From assembly GCA_050115475.1 (NCBI GenBank), contig JASFQL010000004.1, forward strand, positions 93,263 to 157,262: DNA of 64,000 nucleotides, in the 5' to 3' direction. Below, piece after piece: positions 18,215-26,509 of the stretch (position 1 is the stretch's first letter; the number at the start of each line of letters is the position of its first letter). Both the position numbers and the translations under genes were made by a program. Source of the DNA: Anaerolineales bacterium (GTDB lineage Bacteria > Chloroflexota > Anaerolineae > Anaerolineales > UBA11579). The notes below the pieces were generated by a model. That model searched no databases and was not told the origin of the DNA. It saw only the letters and a list, made by a program, of their open reading frames with translations.

Positions 18215-18700
18215 GGGGATTCCTCACTTCTTTCGTGATGACGATTCAGATTTCTGGTTTGAATTTAGCGAAGGTAAAACCTTCACCAGGCGGGTGGTGC
18301 CTGATGGGACGCGTTGTCGGGCGACCATAAATGTCGCCCCTATTCCATTCTCCACCAACGGGCGCAGCATGCTGCGCCCCTACGAAGTATTTGGGATGAG
18401 GAAAGTGGGCAATGATAAGCCCTGCCCCCAATAAGGTGGGGGAGAAAAAGTTGTGGATGGATGAGAAGGAATAATAATTGTCTCATAGGGGATTCCTCAC
18501 TTTGATCGGAATGACAGAATCAAAAGATTCTTCGCTGCGATCATGGTGACGATCAAACGAAGACTTTTCTCCGTTTTATTCGGCAAATGCGCGAAACTTC
18601 GTTTCGGCGAGACTCTGTTTCGGCGAAAATTCTTTTCGTTTGCATTCGCGACTCGGCTGCCAGGATGAACTAGGCGGGCGGGGACAAGCCCCGCCCCTAC
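18215..18700. repeat. Cluster of REP-like palindromes (GTAG/CTAC type and GAGGAATCCCC type)
   Basis: GGGCGAC-N7-GTCGCCCCTA, GGGCGCAGCATGCTGCGCCCCTAC (18360-18383), GGGCGGGGACAAGCCCCGCCCCTAC (near 18676-18700), and three GAGGAATCCCC-family copies. Confidence 0.75.
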
Positions 18701-18765
18701 ACTTCTCTTGAAATGGCGTGGTGTACGATTCCTACTTGTGTGTATTTTGACACAACAAATGGCGA

Positions 18766-19968
18766 TCAGCCGAGGCCCTGGGCAGCGAACAGATTATCCT
18801 GGATCTGGGTGATATGATCTTTGTAATGTTTCGGAACCATCATGAAAAAGGTATTGACCAAACGCACATAGGCGCTTTTACGGGAGACAAACTCGGCGGG
18901 AAGCTCTGCAACCAAAACGACACCCTCTTGCTGTGCATTTCCCAGTTCCCGACGCAAATCGAGGAGGCGGGGATAAACGACCTGAAAACTCTTCATGCGA
19001 GCGGGAAGGTTATCCGTCCACGCATAGGATTCCCAACCCTGAACGAGGGAAGCCGCCCAGGCATACATACTCCGTTCAGTTGAAATCAAATGGGCAAAAA
19101 CCTCTTTCGAATGCCACTCACCGGGCTTCGTGCGATATTCGGCCTGCTGCTCCGTGACCCCTTCGATCACTTCATCTATCTTGGCGTTGGCGCACTCGTA
19201 TGTTTCAGAAACTTTCTCAGAGAAATCATGCGCCGTGGGAGGTATCTCCGGCATGGGCCGGTACGTCAATTCGACCTCGGCTGTATATTTTTCTTCTCCG
19301 CGTAAATAATGCATTTCGACAATATCACCCGCTTTGCGCGGTGAAATGACGGCATCAATTGAATGATAGTCTTCTATCTTTATCCCGGAAATTTCGTAAA
19401 TTAAATCTCCTCCAGCCAAACCGGAGGCTTCAGCTCCCATTCCAGGAAGGGTTTCACCCAACAACATGCCATGGTCGATGGGAAGATTCTTCTCTTTGGC
19501 ATATTCGGGTGTGACCATATCTTCAATCAAGACACCAAACATGGGCCGGGCAGAGATACGTAAATCGACCCCTTCCTCAAAAACAGATTTAAGATTATCC
19601 AGGCCATCTTCCCAAATCTTGGTCATCTGTTCGACCTGAGCAGCGGCCACAGCGCGGTGCTCAACAACTACCTCGGTGACTCCTCCCTTCTCCGTGAAAT
19701 TCACAGTCACCTCGCTGGGACGTTCATCTTGCGATCCATACCAGGTAAAGACGAGCTGTTTATTCTCTTTAAATTTTGTGAAATGGAGCCCTGCCGATTC
19801 GCCAATTTTCCAGGTGAGGAAAATCTGCTTGAATTTTTGGGCATCTCCCTCGACGCCTTCGCAAAACCAGTCACTCCAACCCGAGCGTTTGGTAAAGGCG
19901 TAATAAAGATTCTCCGCAGGCGCTTTTATGCTACGGGAGAATTTAAGCTTGTTTGGATCATTGGCCAT
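18766..19968 (-). CDS. SRPBCC(AHSA1)-PDZ-DinB three-domain protein, paralog 2
   Basis: IKAPAENLYYAFT; PDZ GAEASGLAGGDLI; DinB WHSKEVFAHL...HYKDH. Confidence 0.8.
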   Translation of the reverse strand: MANDPNKLKFSRSIKAPAENLYYAFTKRSGWSDWFCEGVEGDAQKFKQIFLTWKIGESAGLHFTKFKENKQLVFTWYGSQDERPSEVTVNFTEKGGVTEVVVEHRAVAAAQVEQMTKIWEDGLDNLKSVFEEGVDLRISARPMFGVLIEDMVTPEYAKEKNLPIDHGMLLGETLPGMGAEASGLAGGDLIYEISGIKIEDYHSIDAVISPRKAGDIVEMHYLRGEEKYTAEVELTYRPMPEIPPTAHDFSEKVSETYECANAKIDEVIEGVTEQQAEYRTKPGEWHSKEVFAHLISTERSMYAWAASLVQGWESYAWTDNLPARMKSFQVVYPRLLDLRRELGNAQQEGVVLVAELPAEFVSRKSAYVRLVNTFFMMVPKHYKDHITQIQDNLFAAQGLG

Positions 19969-19974
19969 ATTATC

Positions 19975-21192
19975 CTATTCCTCCCTAGCAATTCTAATCG
20001 CTTCTTTCATCTGCGTATAGTGGCTGCGGGTGTGCCGGGGCAAACCAAGCATCGGCATGAAGGTGTAAGCCAGGTTATGGTAGGAAATCTTGCGAGCGAC
20101 GAACTCATCGGGCAGGTTCTCGAGGGTCTCCACGGTGAGTTGTTCGTTACGCTTGATCTCTGCGATCAAATCTGCCACGGTAGGATAGGCTTTGGCCAGA
20201 GCGGTGATTTGGGCGAGGTCGTTGAAAAATCCGGGGGCACGCTGACCACCGACACTCGTAGAGATGTCCAGGAAAACCCATCGCTCTGTATAAAGCAAAT
20301 GAGCAAGAGTCTCTTTAGCGCTCCATTCTTCAGGAGCGGGGCGCCTGGTCGCTTCTTCTTCCGATACCCCTTTGAAGATTTCCTCGATCTCCTTGTCGAG
20401 TTCTTTATAGATTTTCTCAACCTCTTTGGCCAATCCTTTTGCGGTGGGAGGAATGTCAGGGAAGGGACGACGCGACAACTTCACTGGGAGGCTTTTCTTT
20501 TCGCTCCCACGATAAAAGACCATCTCTACTTCATCATCGGCTTTATAAGGTCTCACAGCAATCCCAAATGAGGGAAACCCCTCAATGGCGGTACCGGCAA
20601 TCTCAACAATGACATCATCGGTCTGCAAGCCGGCTGCCTCGGCACCGGAATCGGGCACTGTGCCCGTAATCCAAACGCCTTTATCAACGGGTACACCGAG
20701 ACGTTCGATCTGGTCTTCATTCAAGGGCCCGGCCGGGAAGATCCCCAAGAGAGGGAGATCATATAAGCGCTTATCGATACCTCTCTCCATCACCCACTGT
20801 AAATTCAAGAGGGTCTTGGGCCATTCATCGTTGAAAGCTTTTGCCGTGTCTTCCCACGCCTTTCCTGTGCCAATACCGCTGTGTTTTACGATCACCTGCG
20901 TGCCGCCGTCTTTCGCTTTCAACGACACTTCCACTTCGGTAGAGGCAGGCTCATCACGACCACGCCAAGTGAAAGCGACCATTTTGTTTTCATTTACCTT
21001 AGTGACCGTACCGCTGGCGTAATAGCCCTGGTTCCACCAGAAGTAACAGCGGCCGTTTTCATTGGCATCGATCTCTGCGACATTGCAGAGCCAGGTTTGA
21101 AGCGCCGGCTGGTTGGTCAGCGCGAAGTAAAGCTGCTCGACGGGTGCATCGATCTGCTGGGTAAAAGTTAGGGTTTGGGTCTTTTCAGCCAT
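19975..21192 (-). CDS. SRPBCC(AHSA1)-PDZ-DinB three-domain protein, paralog 1
   Basis: IDAPVEQLYFALT; PDZ GAEAAGLQTDDVI; DinB WSAKETLAHL...HTRSH; ATG 21192 after AAGGAG. Confidence 0.8.
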   Translation of the reverse strand: MAEKTQTLTFTQQIDAPVEQLYFALTNQPALQTWLCNVAEIDANENGRCYFWWNQGYYASGTVTKVNENKMVAFTWRGRDEPASTEVEVSLKAKDGGTQVIVKHSGIGTGKAWEDTAKAFNDEWPKTLLNLQWVMERGIDKRLYDLPLLGIFPAGPLNEDQIERLGVPVDKGVWITGTVPDSGAEAAGLQTDDVIVEIAGTAIEGFPSFGIAVRPYKADDEVEMVFYRGSEKKSLPVKLSRRPFPDIPPTAKGLAKEVEKIYKELDKEIEEIFKGVSEEEATRRPAPEEWSAKETLAHLLYTERWVFLDISTSVGGQRAPGFFNDLAQITALAKAYPTVADLIAEIKRNEQLTVETLENLPDEFVARKISYHNLAYTFMPMLGLPRHTRSHYTQMKEAIRIAREE

Positions 21193-21306
21193 TATCTTTT
21201 CTCCTTTTCCTGAAACAATGGATTTGATTATTCTTCCTTCATGGGGTGGGCTCCGCACAGACCCACCCCAAATGAGGAGGAGCTACTCACAGCTCCCCGG
21301 CAGGCA

Positions 21307-21699
21307 TTATCTATACAACATTTCTGAAAACTGGTTTTCCTCAGAACCCCAGACGTTGGTCTCCCCTGCGGGGTAAAACGCCATCACAAGGAATGGATCG
21401 TCGCCAAAGGACTTGTCACAATGGGGTGTGCGGGCAGGGACAACGTAGAAATCACCTGGCCTAACGATCCTCTTGGTATCGCCAATTCTCAACACAGCCT
21501 TGCCTGAAACGACTATGCTAATCTGTTCGTGCTCGTGCGTATGAAGAGGGGTATCGTATCCAGGAAAGGTCGTATATAAGACCATTAGCATATTGTCTTC
21601 ATACAGGCAGGCGAGGATGGTTGGCTTGACTGCCTCCCGTTGAGAAAGGTCAGTCAGGTCTGTCGTATCAGATTCATACAGTGAGTGTGTGCGCAACAT
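21307..21699 (-). CDS. Cupin domain protein
   Basis: PLHTHEHEQ and VPARTPH cupin motifs. Confidence 0.85.
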   Translation of the reverse strand: MLRTHSLYESDTTDLTDLSQREAVKPTILACLYEDNMLMVLYTTFPGYDTPLHTHEHEQISIVVSGKAVLRIGDTKRIVRPGDFYVVPARTPHCDKSFGDDPFLVMAFYPAGETNVWGSEENQFSEMLYR

Positions 21700-21727
21700 C
21701 CGATCACCTCTTATAAACTCGTGGTAC

Positions 21728-21838
21728 CAGGTAACTAACCGTTTGCTTTTAGAATTGAAACTGGTGCCCTATACGGCTAGTTAACGGTGAATGTGCAAAG
21801 GGCTTGAAATAGGAATAAAAATACTTTCGCACATTCAC
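21728..21838. repeat. Dispersed ~112-bp double-hairpin repeat, copy 1
   Basis: Similar to 33160..33272; inverted repeats TAACTAACCG/CGGCTAGTTA and GTGAATGTGC/GCACATTCAC. Confidence 0.85.
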
Positions 21839-22834
21839 TTAACCGGCTTGCTCCCTTTCGAGCAAGCGCTCAATTTCTTTCATCTGGTCCTCCTTGAGGG
21901 GACCAAATTCCATCGCTTTCACATTTTCTTCCACCTGTTTTACCGTCTTGAAACCAGGGATGGGAACGGTGCGTTCATGGCGAGCCCAGTTCCAACCCAG
22001 GGCGGCCTGCGCCAAGGTACGTCCATCGCTGGTGAGGACATCGTGCACGGCCTCCAACTGTTTGAGCCTGCGCCCGCCGCGATCATATTCTTTCAGATTC
22101 CAGGCCTGGCGGATATCGTCTTCCGCGAAAGTCGAATCAGCGTTGAATTTTCCAGTGAGTAGGCCCATGAAGAGGGGGCTTTTATTGATGCTCCCAAGAT
22201 CGAATTCATCGACGACATCAAGCATGGTGGGTATCTCGATGAAGACATTGAGGATATGCTGGATGGTGGTGCAGTGTTCCCCAGGGCCAAAAGCACGGGC
22301 ACCCTCGGGGTTGTCGGTGCTCCAGCCATACCAGCGAATCTTGCCCTCCGCGACCAATTCTTCTAAGATCTCCATCACAGCGGGGGCCTTTTCAGGGGGG
22401 TAATCTCCGACGTGGAGCTGGAAGAGGTCGATGTAATCCATGTTTAGGCGGCGCAGGCTGTTCTCGCAATCTTTCCGGATGTTGCCAGGCACTGCCTCGT
22501 GGTCGTTACGAATAAACTTCTTTTTCTCATCCACCAGATAACCAAATTTGGTGGCAACGACCACCCGATCGCGTTTCCCGGCCAGGGCTTTTCCCAAGAC
22601 CCCTTCGCTGTGCCCGGCCCCGTAATTGGCGGCGGTATCGAAGAAAGTGACCCCCAGATCGAGACCAGCGTGGATGGCACGGATTGATTCTTTATCGTCG
22701 ATCTTTCCCCAGCCGGCTGGATAGGGATCGACTTCCCCATTATCATAGGTCCACGGACCGCCGATCGCCCAACAGCCCATACCCATGGCACTGACTTCTA
22801 ACCCGGATTTCCCGAGTGTACGTTTCATATTCAT
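21839..22834 (-). CDS. Aldo/keto reductase
   Basis: SAMGMGCWAIGG, FFDTAANYG, ATKFG, DLFQLH and IPG motifs. Confidence 0.92.
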   Translation of the reverse strand: MNMKRTLGKSGLEVSAMGMGCWAIGGPWTYDNGEVDPYPAGWGKIDDKESIRAIHAGLDLGVTFFDTAANYGAGHSEGVLGKALAGKRDRVVVATKFGYLVDEKKKFIRNDHEAVPGNIRKDCENSLRRLNMDYIDLFQLHVGDYPPEKAPAVMEILEELVAEGKIRWYGWSTDNPEGARAFGPGEHCTTIQHILNVFIEIPTMLDVVDEFDLGSINKSPLFMGLLTGKFNADSTFAEDDIRQAWNLKEYDRGGRRLKQLEAVHDVLTSDGRTLAQAALGWNWARHERTVPIPGFKTVKQVEENVKAMEFGPLKEDQMKEIERLLEREQAG

Positions 22835-22844
22835 CTCCTTTGTA

Positions 22845-24083
22845 CTAATCCGTTGAATCGAAGGCTAATTCTTCTGTTTTCTCCGGAACCTTGAACTTCA
22901 ACCAAATGGGGATAAGCGTGATCAGCGCTGCACCTGCAGTAATCGTAAAGGGCAGGCGGGGGCTGAAACGCTCCCACAACTGGGCGCCAATCCAAGGCGC
23001 AGGAAGAGAAATCAATCCGATGCTGCTGCGGAACAAGCCCATGAAAATCCCCAACATTTTTTGCGGGACGACTTTGGTCATCAATGAGTTATAGGCCGGA
23101 CTGAGGAGACCGACGCCGGTGCCGAAGATCACCCAGGTGACGGCAAAACCCATGAAATTGGATGCTTGTAAAAAATACACGAAGGCGGCAAAGACCATGG
23201 CAAAGCCGAGGGTGATGGGCACTCTTTCTTCATATCTATCCACCAATTTACCGGACAGCATAGGCGTGAACATCATGGCAATGGAGAAAATAGCGCCGAG
23301 GATCCCAATCTGTTCTACAGAGATACCAGCGATTTGCTCGAGGTAGAGGGGCTGCAACTCACTGGACAAACGAAAGGCGGTATCCCGGATGCCGTCGGTG
23401 ATGAATATCCAGGTAATCACACCTCCCCCGACCAGCATGCCAAACATTGTCTTGACGCTAGACTTGAAGGACGCAGCGGTAAGTTCCTGGGTGCTTTGCT
23501 CTCGCGGTGACTTCATGGTAGTTGCCATCCAGATACGTAATCCCGCCGCAAGGGTATAAAGAATGCCAGAGGTCAAAATCATGGCCTTGAACCCATAGGC
23601 CCCCACCAGCAAACCGCCAAGCGGAGGTCCTACGACGCCAGTAATCTGGTAGATGGTATCGGTGATGCCGAAGACCCGGCCGCGATTTTCTTCTTTGGAG
23701 TTCTCGGCGATGAAAGCCCCAAAGCTGGGGCCGACCAGGGCATAGGGGATCTGGTTGACCGAAAGGGCGACCAACATCCACTGCCAGGAAGGGGCAAGAA
23801 TCATAAAGGTCCAACCGAGGATGCCACCGATACTGCCGATGGCAATAGCCCGCAAGCGCCCGATGGAATCGGACAGCCATCCGCCAAAGACCAGAAGGAA
23901 GAGAATAACGATCGAAGAGAGGGTAAAGACCATGCCGACCTGCTCAACGCTGGCGCCCAACTCTGTCAGATAGAGGGGGACGAACATGAGAGTCATGGAC
24001 CCGGCGATATTCGCAAGGACCATGGCAAACATAAACCAGCGCAAGATAGGTGGGATCAGGGGTTGTTTTTCAGAACTATTCAT
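22845..24083 (-). CDS. MFS transporter
   Basis: GGWLSDSIGR motif A; about 12 TM helices. Confidence 0.88.
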   Translation of the reverse strand: MNSSEKQPLIPPILRWFMFAMVLANIAGSMTLMFVPLYLTELGASVEQVGMVFTLSSIVILFLLVFGGWLSDSIGRLRAIAIGSIGGILGWTFMILAPSWQWMLVALSVNQIPYALVGPSFGAFIAENSKEENRGRVFGITDTIYQITGVVGPPLGGLLVGAYGFKAMILTSGILYTLAAGLRIWMATTMKSPREQSTQELTAASFKSSVKTMFGMLVGGGVITWIFITDGIRDTAFRLSSELQPLYLEQIAGISVEQIGILGAIFSIAMMFTPMLSGKLVDRYEERVPITLGFAMVFAAFVYFLQASNFMGFAVTWVIFGTGVGLLSPAYNSLMTKVVPQKMLGIFMGLFRSSIGLISLPAPWIGAQLWERFSPRLPFTITAGAALITLIPIWLKFKVPEKTEELAFDSTD

Positions 24084-24107
24084 GACTTCGATTTACTTGC
24101 ACTATGT

Positions 24108-24326
24108 TTAGAATATTTCCACGTGGAAATATGTATTATCCGGTTCCTCTTTGCCCCCATCTTCATCCGGGTCGCCATCGGGTGTTATGAGGCTACAGGA
24201 ATCCACGAAGGTGCAGCTTTTTAATTCTTCCTTACATTTACAACAGGCATACCAGAGGTATTTGGGGCTGTATTCTTTTTTGTCTTTATTGCTGAAACAA
24301 GTCACTTCTGTTATCTCCTTGTGCAT
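24108..24326 (-). CDS. Small hypothetical Cys-containing protein (possibly a pseudogene)
   Basis: 72-aa ORF with CCKC, downstream of a consensus promoter; no recognised family. Confidence 0.3.
   Translation of the reverse strand: MHKEITEVTCFSNKDKKEYSPKYLWYACCKCKEELKSCTFVDSCSLITPDGDPDEDGGKEEPDNTYFHVEIF
24113..24132. other. parS-like perfect 20-bp palindrome ATATTTCCACGTGGAAATAT
   Basis: Core TTCCACGTGGAA matches parS (TGTTNCACGTGAAACA); outer positions differ; 1.2 kb from the oriC candidate. Confidence 0.5.
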
Positions 24327-24352
24327 GAATGTTTCATTCGATAGCTTTCAGA

Positions 24353-24568
24353 TCATTCCAACATACCCTCTTTCTCTTTCTTGATTTTCTCAGCTACGGT
24401 TTCTTCAAGGCTTTCAGGCAGTTTCACGATAATTTCCAAGATATCATCTGAGCGGTCCACTTCCTTATGGGATATCGACTTCCGCACGACCTCAAGCTCG
24501 TCCCTGTCTTCGTGCTGAACGTTCTCTTGGTTTCCAACAATCAGGTTGATATGAACGCCACTCATCAC
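24353..24568 (-). CDS. Small hypothetical protein
   Basis: 71-aa ORF with GAGAAGGGA RBS, first ORF after a consensus promoter. Confidence 0.4.
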   Translation of the reverse strand: MMSGVHINLIVGNQENVQHEDRDELEVVRKSISHKEVDRSDDILEIIVKLPESLEETVAEKIKKEKEGMLE

Positions 24569-24623
24569 TGAATCCCTTCTCTGAATACAATTAGATAGTC
24601 ACCGAAATTAGGTTCTTGTCTTA

Positions 24624-24673
24624 GTTAGATTATTATCTAACAACATTATAGCGAGTTTTATCAACTGTGTCAA
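24624..24673 (-). promoter_or_regulatory. Perfect sigma70 promoter TTGACA-17-TATAAT with operator palindrome GTTAGAT-N4-ATCTAAC
   Basis: -35 at 24673-24668, -10 at 24650-24645, palindrome at 24624-24641 over the expected start site. Confidence 0.8.
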
Positions 24674-25005
24674 GTAATTTTCCACCTGATTCGGTTTTGA
24701 ATTTGGTTTTCATTTCTAAGGATCAGATCGAGAGTATGGTTTCATGCCATTCATCACTGCAACCCTATCAATACGGAATGGATGTGAAAGTTGAACTGAT
24801 ATAGGAAACGACTGACAGGGAAGATCGAGTTTTACAAGTGGCTGTGATAACGCATTTTTCAGCCGGGTTTATGAGAATTATTATTGCCTTTTATCCAACT
24901 TGGTGAATCAAGGCAGCGCTTACATGTTACGTACGTATGGCAAGTGGAAACCCCAACCCCCTGACCCCCTTCCCCAGCCACGAACGTCGTTGGTGATCGG
25001 GTTAG

Positions 25006-25112
25006 TGGACTTCCCCCGATTTAGTTGACAAGAAAATGTCTCGAATGCTACTGTACCTACCCAAAGAAATTCAAATTGTAAGCTCTGGAACTGCCGAAAT
25101 CAAGCAGGAATA
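25006..25112 (+). mobile_element. Degenerate IS3-family left end and orfA fragment
   Basis: TGGACTTCCCCCGATTTAGTTGACA resembles an IS3-family IRL; followed by YPKKFKL*ALELPKSS, like the orfA start with an in-frame stop. Confidence 0.5.
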
Positions 25113-25282
25113 GCACATTTAAAATCGAAGTTGAACAGCACGGCAGGTGAGGAACACATACACAATATGGTAAACCATAAAGGGATCATAAATCCGTCTA
25201 TACTAGTCAATATTTGAGGGATATTTCTATAAAAATCTTCTCTACCCTCCAAGGAGCTAACTCTAGTGAATCAGTTGGAATA

Positions 25283-25640
25283 TGTGGATAACTCGCGATA
25301 AACTGTGGATAACTCGCAAAAACTGGGGAGAACTATGGAAAAACCTATCGGTTATGTTTATAGTTAACCCCCATATATGGGGGTAGTACAATTGTATTAG
25401 ACCATATCTTGAATGCTGAAAATACTCAAAGAAGAACTCATCAGGAAAGAAAAGTTATCCAGATTTAATCCGATTAAAGCTGTGGATAGCTTTCTATAAA
25501 ATAACCCCTATAAATACGCCAGCGACAGCAGAGATACCCCATATATCAGGCTCGATTGGGCAAGTATTTAAGTTTTCCACATATCCCCATCCCCTACTAC
25601 TATTACGATTAACTAATTATTTTAATTTGTTGATAGGATA
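25283..25640. other. oriC: Chromosomal replication origin (oriC) candidate
   Basis: Perfect DnaA boxes TGTGGATAA at 25283 and 25304; near-matches at 25324, 25334, 25455 and 25481; TTTTCCACA-TATCCCCAT-CCCC-TACTACTATTACGAT then an AT-rich tract (25573-25640); gene-strand and skew switch. Confidence 0.85.
25367..25551. promoter_or_regulatory. NrdR-box-like motifs, two pairs each 31 bp apart
   Basis: CCCCCATATATGGGGG (25368) + AGACCATATCTTGAAT (25399); weaker CCCCTATAAATACGCC (25505) + ACCCCATATATCAGGC (25536), compared with consensus acaCwAtATaTwGtgt. Confidence 0.5.
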
Positions 25641-25776
25641 ATTATTTCATTCCACTTTTTCTACAAATCCTGGATTCATTACTCTTACTTTATTATCATC
25701 GGCAATGAAAATTATCATGCAGAATCTATGATACTATTTTAACGCAGTGATTATCGGTCTTTTGCGGGAGGAAGAC

Positions 25777-26460
25777 ATGGGATTGACCTACACATTCTAT
25801 GGGCACGGTACCCACATGATCGAAACGGATGGGACAAAATTAATCGTGGATCCTTTCTTCACAGATAATCCTGCCACGCCGATCAGCGCAGACGAAGTTG
25901 AAGCAGACTACATCTTCATCAGCCACGGGCATGGCGACCATATCGGTGATACCGTAGACATCAGCAAACGCACCGGTGCGCTGGTCATCAGCAATTTCGA
26001 GATCGCCGGATGGCTGGAGATGCAAGGCGTGAAAACCCATGCCCAACACATCGGCGGTGGATATACTCACCCCTTTGGTTATCTAAAACTCACACTGGCG
26101 CTGCACGGCTCGGCCTTACCGGACGGCTCGAACGGCGGGAATCCAACCGGGATGCTGCTGACAACCCACCAGGGAGAAAAGGTCTACATGGCATGCGATA
26201 CGGGTTTCTTTGGGGACATGAAGTATATCGGTGAAGAAGGATTGGACCTGGCTGTCCTGCCTATCGGGGATAATTTCACGATGGGTCCAGAGGATGCGCT
26301 CAAGGCCGTGAAGCTGCTCAAGCCGAAGCACGTCGTCCCCTGCCACTACAACACCTGGCCAGTAATCGAACAAGATGCAGGTGCGTGGGTAAAACGGGTC
26401 AAAGAAGAAACAGAGACCGAGGCGCACCTACTCGAACCGGGAGAAAATCTATCGTTGTAG
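25777..26460 (+). CDS. Metal-dependent hydrolase, beta-lactamase fold (UPF0173-like)
   Basis: SHGHGDH, LPIGDNFTMG and PCHYNTW motifs. Confidence 0.9.
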   Translation: MGLTYTFYGHGTHMIETDGTKLIVDPFFTDNPATPISADEVEADYIFISHGHGDHIGDTVDISKRTGALVISNFEIAGWLEMQGVKTHAQHIGGGYTHPFGYLKLTLALHGSALPDGSNGGNPTGMLLTTHQGEKVYMACDTGFFGDMKYIGEEGLDLAVLPIGDNFTMGPEDALKAVKLLKPKHVVPCHYNTWPVIEQDAGAWVKRVKEETETEAHLLEPGENLSL

Positions 26461-26484
26461 GAGGGCGCAGCATGCTGCGCCTAC
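26457..26484. repeat. GTAG-type REP-like palindrome
   Basis: GTAG-GA-GGGCGCAGCATGCTGCGCCTAC, same core as 18360. Confidence 0.75.
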
Positions 26485-26509
26485 ATCCATTATTCGTAGG
26501 AGAACATTA

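Noticed and set aside
19657-20571. 304-aa plus-strand ORF and other long antisense ORFs (e.g. 56119..56940, 61582..62280)
   Set aside because: They lie opposite well-supported genes and show no recognisable motifs; shadow ORFs.
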